Assembly (NCBI GenBank): GCA_963719425.1
Contig: OY970382.1
Coordinates: forward strand, 135,888-199,887
DNA from: an uncultured bacterium
GTDB lineage: Bacteria; Patescibacteriota; Minisyncoccia; UBA6257; 2-01-FULL-56-20
DNA length: 64,000 nt
Direction of reading: 5' to 3'
Shown one piece after another: positions 7,542-18,000 of the stretch. The stretch's first letter is position 1. Each line of letters begins with the position of its first letter. The position numbers and the translations under genes were made by a program. The notes beneath the pieces are model-generated. The model was not told where the DNA came from. It was given only the letters and a program-made list of their open reading frames with translations, and made no database searches.

Positions 7542-9947
7542 ATGCTCGGCTTTTACATATTTTTGTCCGTTGTCGTTGCCGCCGTCGCGGGCACAGCGAT
7601 CTATTTTATTTTTCGCTCGCTCGCGCGGCGAAGGATAGCGCTGTCCTTGAGCACTTCGGTTTTTCTCATCAAAATTCCGAAGCCAGCCGGGGGATCGGAG
7701 GCCACTCCCGGAGGCTCGGAGAATAAGGATTTCAAGGCGGAACTCGCGCACTTTGAGCAGCTTTTAGGAAGCTTGGCGGCGATCAAGAAACCGTTCACGT
7801 TTGAAGTTGCTGTCCCGCATGTAGGAGAAGAGATCCACTTTTACCTTACCGTGCCGAAACTGTCTTCAGAAGTGGCTGCGAAACAGGTCTTGGGTCTGTG
7901 GAGCGGCGCCTCGGTGGAACGGGTGACAGACGATTTCAATATTTTCAATCCGCACGGCGAGGCTGTCGCGGCGTTCGTAAAGCAGAAGGAGCACTATGGG
8001 CTTCCCATGCGTACCTATAACGAACTCGGCATTGATTCGTTTGAGCCCATCGTGGGCGCGCTCGCGAAGATAAACGAGATCGGCGAGGGGGCAGCGGTGC
8101 AGGTCATCATGCAGCCCGCGCCTGCGGGAACAAAGAAAGAGGTGCAACGCGCAATAGAGCGTTTGAAAAGGGGCGAGCCGTTCAAAAAAGTGTTTCGGAG
8201 CGATTTCATGCGCTCACTCTCCGAGCCGGGGGAGATTTTGAATCCGAAGACCAAAGAGAAAAAAACGGAGGAGAAGCAGGAGCGCGTGGTAGACGAAGAG
8301 GCGGCGAAGGCGCTCCAGGCGAAGATCATGAAGCCGCTTTTCTTTGTAAACGTGCGGCTCGTCGCCTCGGCGGGGTCGCAATTCCAGGCGAATGATATTT
8401 TGGACGGGCTTGCCGCCGGATTCAGCCAGTTTGGGAGTCCTACGCGGAACGATCTCCGAGTGATAAAACCGCGGAACTCCGACAAGCTCATCCGCAAATT
8501 CATCTTCCGTGAATTTGACGCGTCGCAATCCATGACGCTTTCCAGCGAAGAGATCGCGAGCTTTTATCATTTGCCGATCTCGTCTACCGAAACGCCGCAC
8601 GTGAAGTGGCTCAAGTCAAAAGAAGCGCCGCCGCCGGAAAACCTCGCCAAACAAGGAGCGCTCCTCGGCTACAGCAATTTCCGCGGGGAATCAAGACCTA
8701 TTTACATCACGGACGAGGACCGACGCCGCCACATCTACGTGATCGGGCAGACCGGCACCGGGAAGACCACGGAGATTTCAAGCATGCTCATTGAGGATAT
8801 CCAGGCGGGCAAAGGCGTCGCGATCATTGATCCGCACGGGGAGTTCGCGGAGAAAGCGCTCGCCAAGGTGCCGAAGGAACGCGTTGAGGACGTGATCTAT
8901 TTTGACCCAAGCGACCTTGCGCGGCCCATGGGCATCAACATGCTTGATTACAATTTCAGCCGACCGGAGGAGAAAACGTTCATCGTGAACGAGCTTTTGG
9001 GAATTTTTGACAAATTGTATGACCTGAAGACCACGGGCGGTCCGATGTTTGAGCTCTATATGCGCAATGCTCTTCTTCTTCTTATGGAAGACATGCCGAA
9101 CGAGGAGGCGACCCTGATTGAGGTGCCCCGCATTTTCACGGACACTGCGTATCGCGTGCGGAAGCTTGAACGTATCCAGAATCCTACCGTCATTGATTTC
9201 TGGGAAAAGGAGGCGATCAAGACAAGCGGCGAGCAGTCGCTCGCCAACATGGCGGTGTACGTGAGCTCAAAGTTCACCGCCTTCATCTCTAACGACTACA
9301 TGCGGCCGATCATCGGCCAACCGAAGTCGGCGTTCAATTTCCGCGATGCGATGGACAACGGGAAGATTTTACTCATCAACCTTTCAAAAGGGAAGATAGG
9401 CGACCTCAACGCCAACCTGCTCGGCATGATCTTCATCGGGAAGATTTTGATGGCGGCCCTCTCGCGCGTGGAGATCGCGGATGAGTCAAAGCGCCGTGAC
9501 TTTTACCTCTATATTGACGAGTTCCAAAATTTCGCCACCGAGGCGGTTGCGACTATCCTTTCCGAGGCGCGCAAATATCATTTGAGCATGACGATGGCGC
9601 ACCAATTTATCGCGCAGCTTAAAGAGAATATCCGCGATGCCGTCTTCGGCAACGTGGGAACCCAGCTCATATGCCGCGTGGGACCGCAGGACGCGGAATT
9701 CCTCGTGAAGCAATTTGAGCCGGTATTCAACAAGAACGACCTTATCAGTATTGATAATCTGAACGCGTTTGTGCGGCTTCTCGTGAACGGCCAGACCTCG
9801 CGCCCGTTCAATATGAAGATGAACACGTCGTCGTGGGCGCCTGGCAATGCCGAACTCGCCGCGAAGCTCAAAGAGTATTCACGCATAAAGTTCGGACAGG
9901 ACAGGCAGGTGATAGAAGACGAGATCTATCGGCGCCTGCGGGAGTAG
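7542..9947 (+). CDS. VirD4/TraM/HerA-like coupling-protein ATPase with N-terminal TM helix
   Basis: Motifs HIYVIGQTGTGKT, IIDPHGE, LYIDEFQNF and SEARKY. Confidence 0.88.
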   Translation: MLGFYIFLSVVVAAVAGTAIYFIFRSLARRRIALSLSTSVFLIKIPKPAGGSEATPGGSENKDFKAELAHFEQLLGSLAAIKKPFTFEVAVPHVGEEIHFYLTVPKLSSEVAAKQVLGLWSGASVERVTDDFNIFNPHGEAVAAFVKQKEHYGLPMRTYNELGIDSFEPIVGALAKINEIGEGAAVQVIMQPAPAGTKKEVQRAIERLKRGEPFKKVFRSDFMRSLSEPGEILNPKTKEKKTEEKQERVVDEEAAKALQAKIMKPLFFVNVRLVASAGSQFQANDILDGLAAGFSQFGSPTRNDLRVIKPRNSDKLIRKFIFREFDASQSMTLSSEEIASFYHLPISSTETPHVKWLKSKEAPPPENLAKQGALLGYSNFRGESRPIYITDEDRRRHIYVIGQTGTGKTTEISSMLIEDIQAGKGVAIIDPHGEFAEKALAKVPKERVEDVIYFDPSDLARPMGINMLDYNFSRPEEKTFIVNELLGIFDKLYDLKTTGGPMFELYMRNALLLLMEDMPNEEATLIEVPRIFTDTAYRVRKLERIQNPTVIDFWEKEAIKTSGEQSLANMAVYVSSKFTAFISNDYMRPIIGQPKSAFNFRDAMDNGKILLINLSKGKIGDLNANLLGMIFIGKILMAALSRVEIADESKRRDFYLYIDEFQNFATEAVATILSEARKYHLSMTMAHQFIAQLKENIRDAVFGNVGTQLICRVGPQDAEFLVKQFEPVFNKNDLISIDNLNAFVRLLVNGQTSRPFNMKMNTSSWAPGNAELAAKLKEYSRIKFGQDRQVIEDEIYRRLRE

Positions 9948-10118
9948 CACGCATTTTTTGAACCCGCTCGTGGCTTCGGAAAATCTAACTCGCTCACGAC
10001 GAAAATCTGCCACCCTCTCGCCTTCGGCGGGGGTCCCGGCAGATTTTCGGTTCGCTCGTTGATTTTCCTCGCCACTCCGCTAGGTTCTGCGAAATGCGTG
10101 CTACTCCCGCAGGACGCC
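9931..10118. repeat. Long imperfect inverted repeat (about 188 nt) overlapping the ATPase stop codon
   Basis: 9935-9956 is the exact reverse complement of 10092-10113; several nested stems lie inside. Confidence 0.9.
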
Positions 10119-10147
10119 TGCGCGTTGGGTCGGTGTATAATATAACC

Positions 10148-10639
10148 ATGGCTATTACATTAACACCTAGCGAGAAAAAGCTCGTTGAATATTCAAAAAG
10201 GGCTGTAGTGAGGTACAACAAGGTGCGCCACAGGAAGGGCGGTATCGATACGCTGTATTCATTTTTGATGTCGGATAGTGGGAAAATTTATGATGGCGCT
10301 TGTTTTGAGGCGAACATCAGCCATGCCGCCGTCTGCGGTGAGCGGCATGCCATTGCGAATATGATTATGAATGAATCCTATAGTGCTAGGATAAAAACCA
10401 TTGTGGTAGCGGACCCAGTTCCAAGGGTGCAGAAAAAAAGCACACCTCCGTGTGGCACCTGCAGGCACCTCATTTGGGCGTATGGGACGCCGGCCACGGC
10501 CGTCATTCTCATGCAGTACGTGCAGGGCAAAAAGGGATGGACATTTCCCAAAATGGAAAAATATACCATCAGAGATTTATATCCGCATCCATGCGAACCG
10601 GCCAATCAGAGCATTTGGGATAATTTTGTGCCGCAGTAA
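10148..10639 (+). CDS. Cytidine deaminase-like protein
   Basis: VCGERHAI and PPCGTCR zinc motifs; TATAAT just upstream of the ATG. Confidence 0.85.
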   Translation: MAITLTPSEKKLVEYSKRAVVRYNKVRHRKGGIDTLYSFLMSDSGKIYDGACFEANISHAAVCGERHAIANMIMNESYSARIKTIVVADPVPRVQKKSTPPCGTCRHLIWAYGTPATAVILMQYVQGKKGWTFPKMEKYTIRDLYPHPCEPANQSIWDNFVPQ

Positions 10640-10723
10640 AGAAAAACCTCTCGCAAGAGAGATTTTTCGTATGCCTGCTGTCAACCTTATTACGTCGACT
10701 GGGACTACCGCCCCGCAGGCATG
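10638..10723 (-). ncRNA. Candidate small RNA: three-way junction plus terminator
   Basis: TTGACA-16-TACCAT promoter (10756-10729); P1 ATGCCTGC/GCAGGCAT encloses two hairpins; terminator AAAAATCTCTC-TTGC-GAGAGGTTTTT. Confidence 0.5.
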
Positions 10724-10795
10724 TTTTTATGGTAGCGCGCGGCGTTGGGATGTCAACTGCTGTTTAATGATTTTTTAATGTTAGAATGAATCTAT

Positions 10796-11890
10796 ATGGC
10801 GGTGAAGTTTTTGAGTAAAACGAAGGGGAGCGCGCTCGCGGGGACGGCGCTTTTGCGACTGGATTTTAACACGGAGGACGATTGGCGGATGCGGGCGGTA
10901 CTACCCACGATCAAATTTTTATTGAAGCGTTCCTCAAAGATTGTGATCGTGAGCCACCGCGGGCGACCGAAAGGGTTTGAGAAAAAATTCAGCTTGCGGC
11001 GGGACGCGGCAATCCTCTCGCGGCTTTTAGGAAGGAAGGTTTCGTTTATTGGCCATTTTCGGTTTAGGGAAATAAAGCGTGTGGTCGCCGCTGCGCCGCG
11101 CGGTTCGGTATTCCTCCTGGAAAATTTGCGGTTCATGAAGGGGGAGGAGACGAACGATCCGCGGTTTGCGCGGCAGCTTGCATCACTCGCGGACTTTTAT
11201 GTGAACGATGCGTTCGCGGTCTCGCATCGGGCGAATGCTTCCATTGCCGCGATCACACGGTTCCTGCCAAGCTACGCGGGATTGGAGTTGGAGAACGAAA
11301 TCGTGTCGCTCTCGCGCGTAATGCGAAGGCCGAAGCATCCTCTGGTTCTCATTCTCGGCGGCGCGAAAGCGGCGGACAAGCTGGGTGTCATCAAATATTT
11401 CAGAACAAAGACAGATTGGTTTCTCTTGGGCGGTGGTCCGGCGAACACCGTTCTTTTTCTCAAGGGAATTGATGTTCAAGAATCCGTTCGCGATCGCGAT
11501 CCGAAGGATTTGAAAGAGCTCAAAACGGTCGCGAGTTACAAAAACATCGTTTTGCCGGACGATTTTGTCTGGCACGACGGCAGGGTCTGGGATATCGGTC
11601 CGAAAGCGGTCCAAATTTTCAGCAAAAAGATCGGCGAGGCACGCACGATTCTTTGGAGTGGACCGCTCGGCCTTATAGAACAGAGAAAATATGCACGCGG
11701 AAGCGTGGCCGTGGCACGCGCCGTCACGCGGAACCGGCGCGCGTTTTCCGTCGCGGGCGGCGGCGAGACCGTGATGTTCCTCAAAAAATACAAGCTGGAT
11801 AAGAAATTTAGTTTTATCTCTACCGGCGGCGGCGCGATGATTGATTTCCTGGCCGGAAAAAAGTTGCCGGGAATAGAGGCGTTGCGGTAA
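10796..11890 (+). CDS. pgk: Phosphoglycerate kinase
   Basis: Motifs RLDFN, SHRGRP, LLENLRF, VNDAFAVSHR, GGAK and ISTGGGA. Confidence 0.95.
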   Translation: MAVKFLSKTKGSALAGTALLRLDFNTEDDWRMRAVLPTIKFLLKRSSKIVIVSHRGRPKGFEKKFSLRRDAAILSRLLGRKVSFIGHFRFREIKRVVAAAPRGSVFLLENLRFMKGEETNDPRFARQLASLADFYVNDAFAVSHRANASIAAITRFLPSYAGLELENEIVSLSRVMRRPKHPLVLILGGAKAADKLGVIKYFRTKTDWFLLGGGPANTVLFLKGIDVQESVRDRDPKDLKELKTVASYKNIVLPDDFVWHDGRVWDIGPKAVQIFSKKIGEARTILWSGPLGLIEQRKYARGSVAVARAVTRNRRAFSVAGGGETVMFLKKYKLDKKFSFISTGGGAMIDFLAGKKLPGIEALR

Positions 11891-11953
11891 AATATTCTGT
11901 TCACCACGTAACGCGCAGCGTGCCGGCGAATGAATGAGTGAGCAAAAAGACGG

Positions 11954-12898
11954 ATGAAATACGATATCTATTTTCACAATGATTTTGACGGCAGGGCGAG
12001 TGCCGCCGTGATGCTTGCTTTTTTGCGGAGCCGTGGCGACGACAATGAACGTTATGTTGCCATGACCTACGGGAGCGAGAAGGGATGGCTCCGGCAAGAC
12101 CTCACGAAGAAACGGAATCCGGCGATTGTCGTGGATTTCGTCTATCATCCGGGTACGACGTGGTGGTTTGATCATCATCCAACCACGTTCAGGAATAAAA
12201 AGTGGAAGCAGGCATTCAAACCGGACAAATTTCATTGCCATGACGCTTCGTATAAATCGGCGTGCCATCTTATCTACGACTCGCTCAAGAAAAATTTCGG
12301 ATGGAAGCCGCCGGCGCACTTCACGGAACTTGTGCGATGGCTTGATGTGATTGATGGCGCGATGTACCGTTCGCCGCGGGAAACGATTGAAATGAAGTCC
12401 CCGGCGCTTCGGATCAACGCCCTCATAGAAGCGGCGTCGCACACGGAGGCGGAGGATCGCTTTCTCATCGGGCTTCTCGCGGAGCGGCCGCTTGTGTGCG
12501 TGGTCGCAGTTCCCCGCATCGCACGTGCCATAAGCGCACTGCGGAAAAAAGTGCGGGAGAGCATGCGGTTCTACAAAACGAACCTCCGCGCTTTCGGGAA
12601 GGCGACGCTTATTGATGTGACGGACGATCCCTTGCGCGGACTTTTGCGCTTTGCGCCGTACTATTTTTATCCAAAGACCATTTACAGTTTCCGTTTGAGG
12701 AAAAAGGGACCCCGGGTGTGGTATCTCGGCGTGGGAGTCGCTCCGTGGCGGCGCGCGGCAAATCGGTTTGACCTGGGACTCCTCCTGCGGCGGCGCTACC
12801 GGGGGGGCGGGCACAAAGACGTGGCGGCGACGTCATTTAAAACGAAGGGAGATGCTGTGCGAGCGTTCAAGAAACTTAATGCATTGCTGAACCGATAA
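11954..12898 (+). CDS. DHH-family phosphoesterase
   Basis: Motifs HNDFDG, FDHH and GGGH. Confidence 0.85.
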   Translation: MKYDIYFHNDFDGRASAAVMLAFLRSRGDDNERYVAMTYGSEKGWLRQDLTKKRNPAIVVDFVYHPGTTWWFDHHPTTFRNKKWKQAFKPDKFHCHDASYKSACHLIYDSLKKNFGWKPPAHFTELVRWLDVIDGAMYRSPRETIEMKSPALRINALIEAASHTEAEDRFLIGLLAERPLVCVVAVPRIARAISALRKKVRESMRFYKTNLRAFGKATLIDVTDDPLRGLLRFAPYYFYPKTIYSFRLRKKGPRVWYLGVGVAPWRRAANRFDLGLLLRRRYRGGGHKDVAATSFKTKGDAVRAFKKLNALLNR

Positions 12899-12899
12899 C

Positions 12900-13514
12900 A
12901 TGGCGGCAAAGAGAAAGTGTTATGCCTACTTCGTGCCGAGCGAGAATCGGCAGGGGATAACCGACGATTGGGGCGAGTGTGAGGCAATCGTTTCGGGGAA
13001 AGTCGGCGCGCGGTATAAAGCGTTTGAAACACGCGAGGACGCGGAGCAGTGGCTTGCGCGCGGCGCGGTGTACGAGATTAAGAAGCCGCCGCCGAAGCTC
13101 GCGCGCGGCATCTATTTTGATGCAGGGACGGGCAGGGGCGAAGGAGTGGAGGTGAGCGTGACTGACGAGAAAGGAAAGAATCTGCTCCACAAGGCGCTTT
13201 CAAAAAAAGAACTCAATGACTTTGGGAAGCATTTGGTTGGTGATTCCTCGGCCACGAACAATTACGGCGAATTGTTGGCTTTAAAATACGCGCTCAAGAT
13301 TGCGCGGAAGGAGAAAGTGAAAAAAATATTCGGTGACAGCAGATTGGTGATTGACTATTGGTCGCGATGGCATATCAAGCGCAAAGAACTTCCGGAGGAA
13401 ACCGTGGCGCTCGCGCACGAGGTGGCGAAACTGCGCGAGAAATTTGAAAAAAATGGAGGGGTTGTGGCACGTATTTCTGGTGCGCACAACCCCGCAGATT
13501 TAGGGTTCCATTAG
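12900..13514 (+). CDS. Ribonuclease HI with N-terminal viroplasmin-like hybrid-binding domain
   Basis: WGECEAIVSG...YKAF N-domain; YFDAG, TNNYGEL, GDSRLV and NPAD motifs. Confidence 0.85.
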   Translation: MAAKRKCYAYFVPSENRQGITDDWGECEAIVSGKVGARYKAFETREDAEQWLARGAVYEIKKPPPKLARGIYFDAGTGRGEGVEVSVTDEKGKNLLHKALSKKELNDFGKHLVGDSSATNNYGELLALKYALKIARKEKVKKIFGDSRLVIDYWSRWHIKRKELPEETVALAHEVAKLREKFEKNGGVVARISGAHNPADLGFH

Positions 13515-13801
13515 GGGAACGAGGGGTGTGGTGTTTTGGGAAACGTCATCCCCGCTACAAATTTTCCCCCAAGAACTTCAGCAATACGAATGAGAAGGCC
13601 AGTGCGAGGATCGGCGATTCCATTCTCAATGTCAGCAAGGTAACTTTCACTTATCTGGCAACGCTTCGCGCAATCTTTGAGCGTAAGTGAGATTGCCTCG
13701 CGCCTAATTCGTATTTGTTCCCCAACTATCTCTTGGGGGCTTGGCCGATTCATCCCTGACCGTACCGACCCTTCTTCGGGTTCGATTTCCTCATCCGCCA
13801 T
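13511..13801 (-). CDS. XRE-family HTH protein
   Basis: IRIRREAISLTLKDCAKRCQISESYLADIENG; AGGAG upstream of the ATG. Confidence 0.75.
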   Translation of the reverse strand: MADEEIEPEEGSVRSGMNRPSPQEIVGEQIRIRREAISLTLKDCAKRCQISESYLADIENGIADPRTGLLIRIAEVLGGKFVAGMTFPKTPHPSFP

Positions 13802-13877
13802 ATCTTTTCTCCTACTTGGATTTGTTTACCTCTGAGTTTAGGATAAGGAATTGCGCACGGTGTTTCAAGAGGCAAAT

Positions 13878-13905
13878 TTGCCAAAATCTTGACTTGTGGT
13901 ACAAT
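13878..13905 (+). promoter_or_regulatory. Sigma70 promoter for rnpB
   Basis: TTGCCA...TG-G-TACAAT about 10 nt upstream of the RNA. Confidence 0.65.
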
Positions 13906-13914
13906 GCCCTTGCT

Positions 13915-14332
13915 GGCAATCCAGACGGTCGCTCGGTTGCGCCGCGCAAGCGGCGCCGGCCGGGAGGAAAGTCCGGACACCCACGCTTCGCCGCAAGGCG
14001 AAGGTTAAAACGGTAGCGGCTAACAGCCGCACGGCGAAAGCCGAGAGGTGCGATCAGTGACGCCCCGTTCCGAAAGGTTCGGGGGAGCCCGATCCCAAGC
14101 TAGACGGCTCAACTCCGCGATAGGGACAAGAAAGCGGAGGTGAAACGGCAAAACCCTTACCGGGTGCAAGGCCGCGCTCCGGCGAAAGTCGGAGAGTGCC
14201 GCACGAGCCCAGCACCATTTTTCACAAAATGGTGCTGGCCGAGCCCGCGAGCAATCAAGGGCCCAGAGAAATGACCGTCCCTCAGCTGCAGATTTTGCGG
14301 CTGGGCGACAGAATCCGGCTTACCGGATTGCC
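13915..14332 (+). ncRNA. rnpB: RNase P RNA
   Basis: GAGGAAAGTCCGG, GTGAAACGGCAAAACCC, GGGTGCAAG, AGAGAAATG and ACAGAATCCGGCTTAC; P1 GGCAATCC/GGATTGCC. Confidence 0.95.
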
Positions 14333-14336
14333 AAAA

Positions 14337-14368
14337 GCAAAAATGCCCCGCAAGGGGCATTTTTGTTG
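14337..14368 (+). terminator. rnpB terminator
   Basis: CAAAAATGCCCC-GCAA-GGGGCATTTTTG. Confidence 0.8.
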
Positions 14369-14758
14369 AGGCAATACAAGGCGCACCGGCGCAACAATAA
14401 AAGACTTATGTGCTGCCCGACAAGGCGAGAAGAGGTTTTCTGTGCGCGCTCTGAACGTACTGAACCTACCACAGTGAGGCTTCACAAGCATCCTTTGGGG
14501 TCATTTTGAAAAATGAAAACAGCTCTCAGTAGCGTCCGTTATAAGGGGTTTTCAAGGAGCTTTGAGGGGTACAAACTGGACAAAGCGGACTCTATAGGGG
14601 CATTCCGGACGCGTCCGGTTTGACTGATTAAAAAAATTGTCGTCTTGTATTGGATGATGATATTGAGGACAGAAGAGACTGCCGCGAAGGGTACGACTTG
14701 CCTTTATATGCATAAGCCGTTCCGGCAATCTACATCTTACGGCTTGGTATGCGGCTTT

Positions 14759-14920
14759 ATGATAGAAAAAAGAATATACTTGAAACAAGACGATATTGAT
14801 AAAAAGGATTTTACGGATAAGGCCGACGCATCGAACGGAAGCGAATATGCGATCGGAGAAAAGGAAGACCAATTCGACGGGACGGATTTGCCACTGCCAC
14901 GACCATTGAAATCGCCATAA
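14759..14920 (+). CDS. Possible small acidic peptide (53 aa)
   Basis: ORF MIEKRIYLKQDD...PLKSP directly upstream of the STAND gene; no family recognised. Confidence 0.3.
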   Translation: MIEKRIYLKQDDIDKKDFTDKADASNGSEYAIGEKEDQFDGTDLPLPRPLKSP

Positions 14921-15016
14921 AATGGACATTGTACATCTCAATCTGCAGGAAAATATATCATGAATCTATGGGTTTAATCGGCTTAGAGATTGGCAACTAC
15001 AGAAATCTCAATAGCA

Positions 15017-18000
15017 ATGAAAAGAAAAAATAAGAGAAAATTAAAAGAAAGTTGGAAAGCTATAGCAGGAATTGCGGTTATAGTAGGAATTCTTGAGGCC
15101 GTAGATGTATTTGCGGGAATTAATTTCAATAACTTCCCTCAGTGGGTCGTAGCCGAATGTGTCAAAAAGAATTACCCACTATGTGGTAACACTATAACTG
15201 TTCAAGCTATATGTCTTCTTGCTTCCATACTCTTAATACTCGGCATAATAGAACTTATTTCGGCTTCTTTAAAACAAAACAGAAAATATTTTGAATTAGT
15301 CGATTTCGAAAAACCAACTGGTGAAGTCAGAAGAGAGGCGCTTGAGGGAATCCTGAATTCAGAAAAAGCCAAGCCCTCGTTTGTGCATGTCGCCCCAATC
15401 AGTGAAGAAGTTGAGAGCTCTTTTAAGAAACTGGACAAAGAGGGCTTTCTTTGGATAAGCGGCAGGCCGGGTGAGGGGAAAACCATGCTGGCTTATCATG
15501 TTCTTTATAAATTCTTTAAGCAAGGATACAAAATCTATGAGCTTAAGACCGATCTCATCAATAAAGACCTTGTCAGTGACGAAAAGAAACTTGAACAGAT
15601 AGTCGGTGAATTAGATATTTTAAAGGGAGGCAAGAGAAAAATAATATTGATTGACGACGCGCATAAGCTTGAGCCGAAGTTTGAAGATGGCCTAATGTCT
15701 GAAATTAGAGATGAAGCAGAAGAAAAAATAAATGGAAAATTTTTTGGGATAGACACGAATTATTTGGGAACAAAGGAATTAGACCAATCCAGTTCAATCG
15801 CTCTTAACTTCGACGAATTTTACAAGACGACGTTTTTTAAAAAATTATACCAATCCGAAGACCCATTAATAAAAGAGGTTGTCGAAAATAGATGCATCAA
15901 TCTAGAGGGGGCGATTAAGCAAAAGGAAGTGGATCACGAAATAAAAGACCCGTGGCATTTTAACTTTATCGCTACCAAGGGAGAAGAAAGAATAACCGAG
16001 GCGTTAAACGACCTTGGCGGCGGGAATGAAGCAAAACGCAGAATATTAAGAATAGCAATATTTTTATTCTCGGTTCGGAATATAATTACGGGAGAAAAAG
16101 AAATTACCGAAATCGATTTTATTGATAAGGTGTTGCCAACTATCAATAATGAGTACGTTTATAATCCTTATCAGTCCGATCCCCTTAAGATAATCATTGA
16201 TTTAGTTCAGGAGAATCGCAGATTATTGATTATTAACGACGAAAGTTCCTTTCAGAGGAATCTCTTGAAAGCACCGCACTACAGATCGTCCATCGCAATT
16301 GTTAAACGGCTTACTGAACTATGTGACGAAAATGAAGTAGAGCGGATGATTGATGCCTCCAAGATATTTCTTAAAAACGATTATAAGGACAGCGCGTATC
16401 TCGGCGTTTATTTTTCCTCAATCGGAAAGTATCAAACGTATTTTCTTAACGAAAATAAGAACTGGGTTAAGGGCTTTTTGACCAACGTAATTGTTGAGCA
16501 ACTTCAAGTTTATCCCTTTTTCTTGAACATTCTGAGAGAGTATCATGAAGAATTTTTTAGAAAATTGATCACCGACGAATATTTTGATACTATTGCCCCT
16601 GAAATATCATCGTCTAGTGCCAATAAATTTAGCGCAATTGCGGCTTTCCTTACGGCTTTGAAAGACAAGAGGGGCGAACTTATCGGCAGATTGAACTTTG
16701 AAAAACTGGCTGAAGTGGCCAATAAGGCCGGGGCGGATCAACTCTCACAAGTAGCGGAATTCCTTGGAGCTTTGAAAGACAAGAGGGGCGAACTTATCGG
16801 CAGATTGAGCTTTGAAAAACTGGCTGGAGCGGCCAATAAGGCAACGGTGTATCAACTCAAGCAAGTAGCGGCTTTCCTTACGGCTTTGAAAGACAAGAGG
16901 GGCGAACTTATCGGCAGATTGAACTTTGAAAAACTGGCTGAAGTGGCCAATAAGGCCGGGGCGGATCAACTCTCACAAGTAGCGGAATTCCTTGGAGCTT
17001 TGAAAGACAAGAGGGGCGAACTTATCGGCAGATTGAGCTTTGAAAAACTGGCTGGAGCGGCCAATAAGGCCGGAGTGGACCAACTCGAACAAGTAGCGAA
17101 CTTTCTTCAAACATTGGGAAACGAGAGAAATAAACTCGTTGAGAAATTTGACTTTGAAAAACTGGCTGGAGCGGCCAATAAGGCAACGGTGTATCAACTC
17201 AAGCAAGTAGCGGCTTTCCTTACGGCCTTGGAAGACAAAAAGGGCGAACTTATCGGCAGATTGGACTTTGAAAAACTGGCCGAAGCGGCCAATAAGGCCG
17301 GAGTGGAGCAATTCGCGCAACTCGAAGCGATTTTAAATGTATTGGGAAACGAGAGAAACAAACTCATTGAGAAATTTGACTTTGAAAAACTGGCTGGAGC
17401 GGCCAATAAGGCAACGGTGTATCAACTCAAGCAAGTAGCGGACCTTCTAGGAGCTTTAAAAGACAAGAGGAAGAAACTTTCGCAATATTTCGTCACTGAA
17501 GTCATTTTACGTTATTCTAAATTATTAGGTAGAGATCAAATCCCTTCTTTTTGTATAATAGTGGCAAATTTGGATAAGCAGAAAAAAAATCAAGTAATCC
17601 AAAACATCGACTGGGCTTCCTTATTAGACTTGACGCCTATCAATCATCCCGATATCATTAAGCATCTTTCTTATATCCTAGACTACCACAATACAAAGTG
17701 CAATTTGCTTAATCAAGATGCAAATGATAAAAGAATACGAGATTATTTAAGTATCAATAGGAATAAGATTATTTATTTTTCTACTTGTTTGTTCTCGCCA
17801 CCGGACGGTTATCAAAGCGCTGCATATGTTTTGGATGCATTATACCCGCACGCGATTGACATTTCTAAAACAATTGTTGGAAACCTGGAATATAAAATAA
17901 TAAGCCAATTTAAGATTTCGCCTCTTTATTACCATAGTTTTTCACATTTGCTTGATGCTATCCATCGAATTCACCCTCCAGCAAGCAACGCTATTCTTTC

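Noticed and set aside
7542-9947. Conjugative element implied by the VirD4-like ATPase
   Set aside because: There are no relaxase, VirB or integrase genes nearby, and such ATPases are routine chromosomal genes in CPR.
9931-10118. Canonical integron attC
   Set aside because: The right box GTTGATT fails GTTRRRY, there is no array, and no integrase is in the window; kept only as a loose resemblance.
11183-12814. 543-aa minus-strand ORF and other long antisense ORFs
   Set aside because: These are shadows of pgk, the DHH gene and other GC-rich genes, with no motifs.
16640-17470. CRISPR array
   Set aside because: The units are 114-bp in-frame coding repeats without unique spacers, and there are no cas genes in the window.
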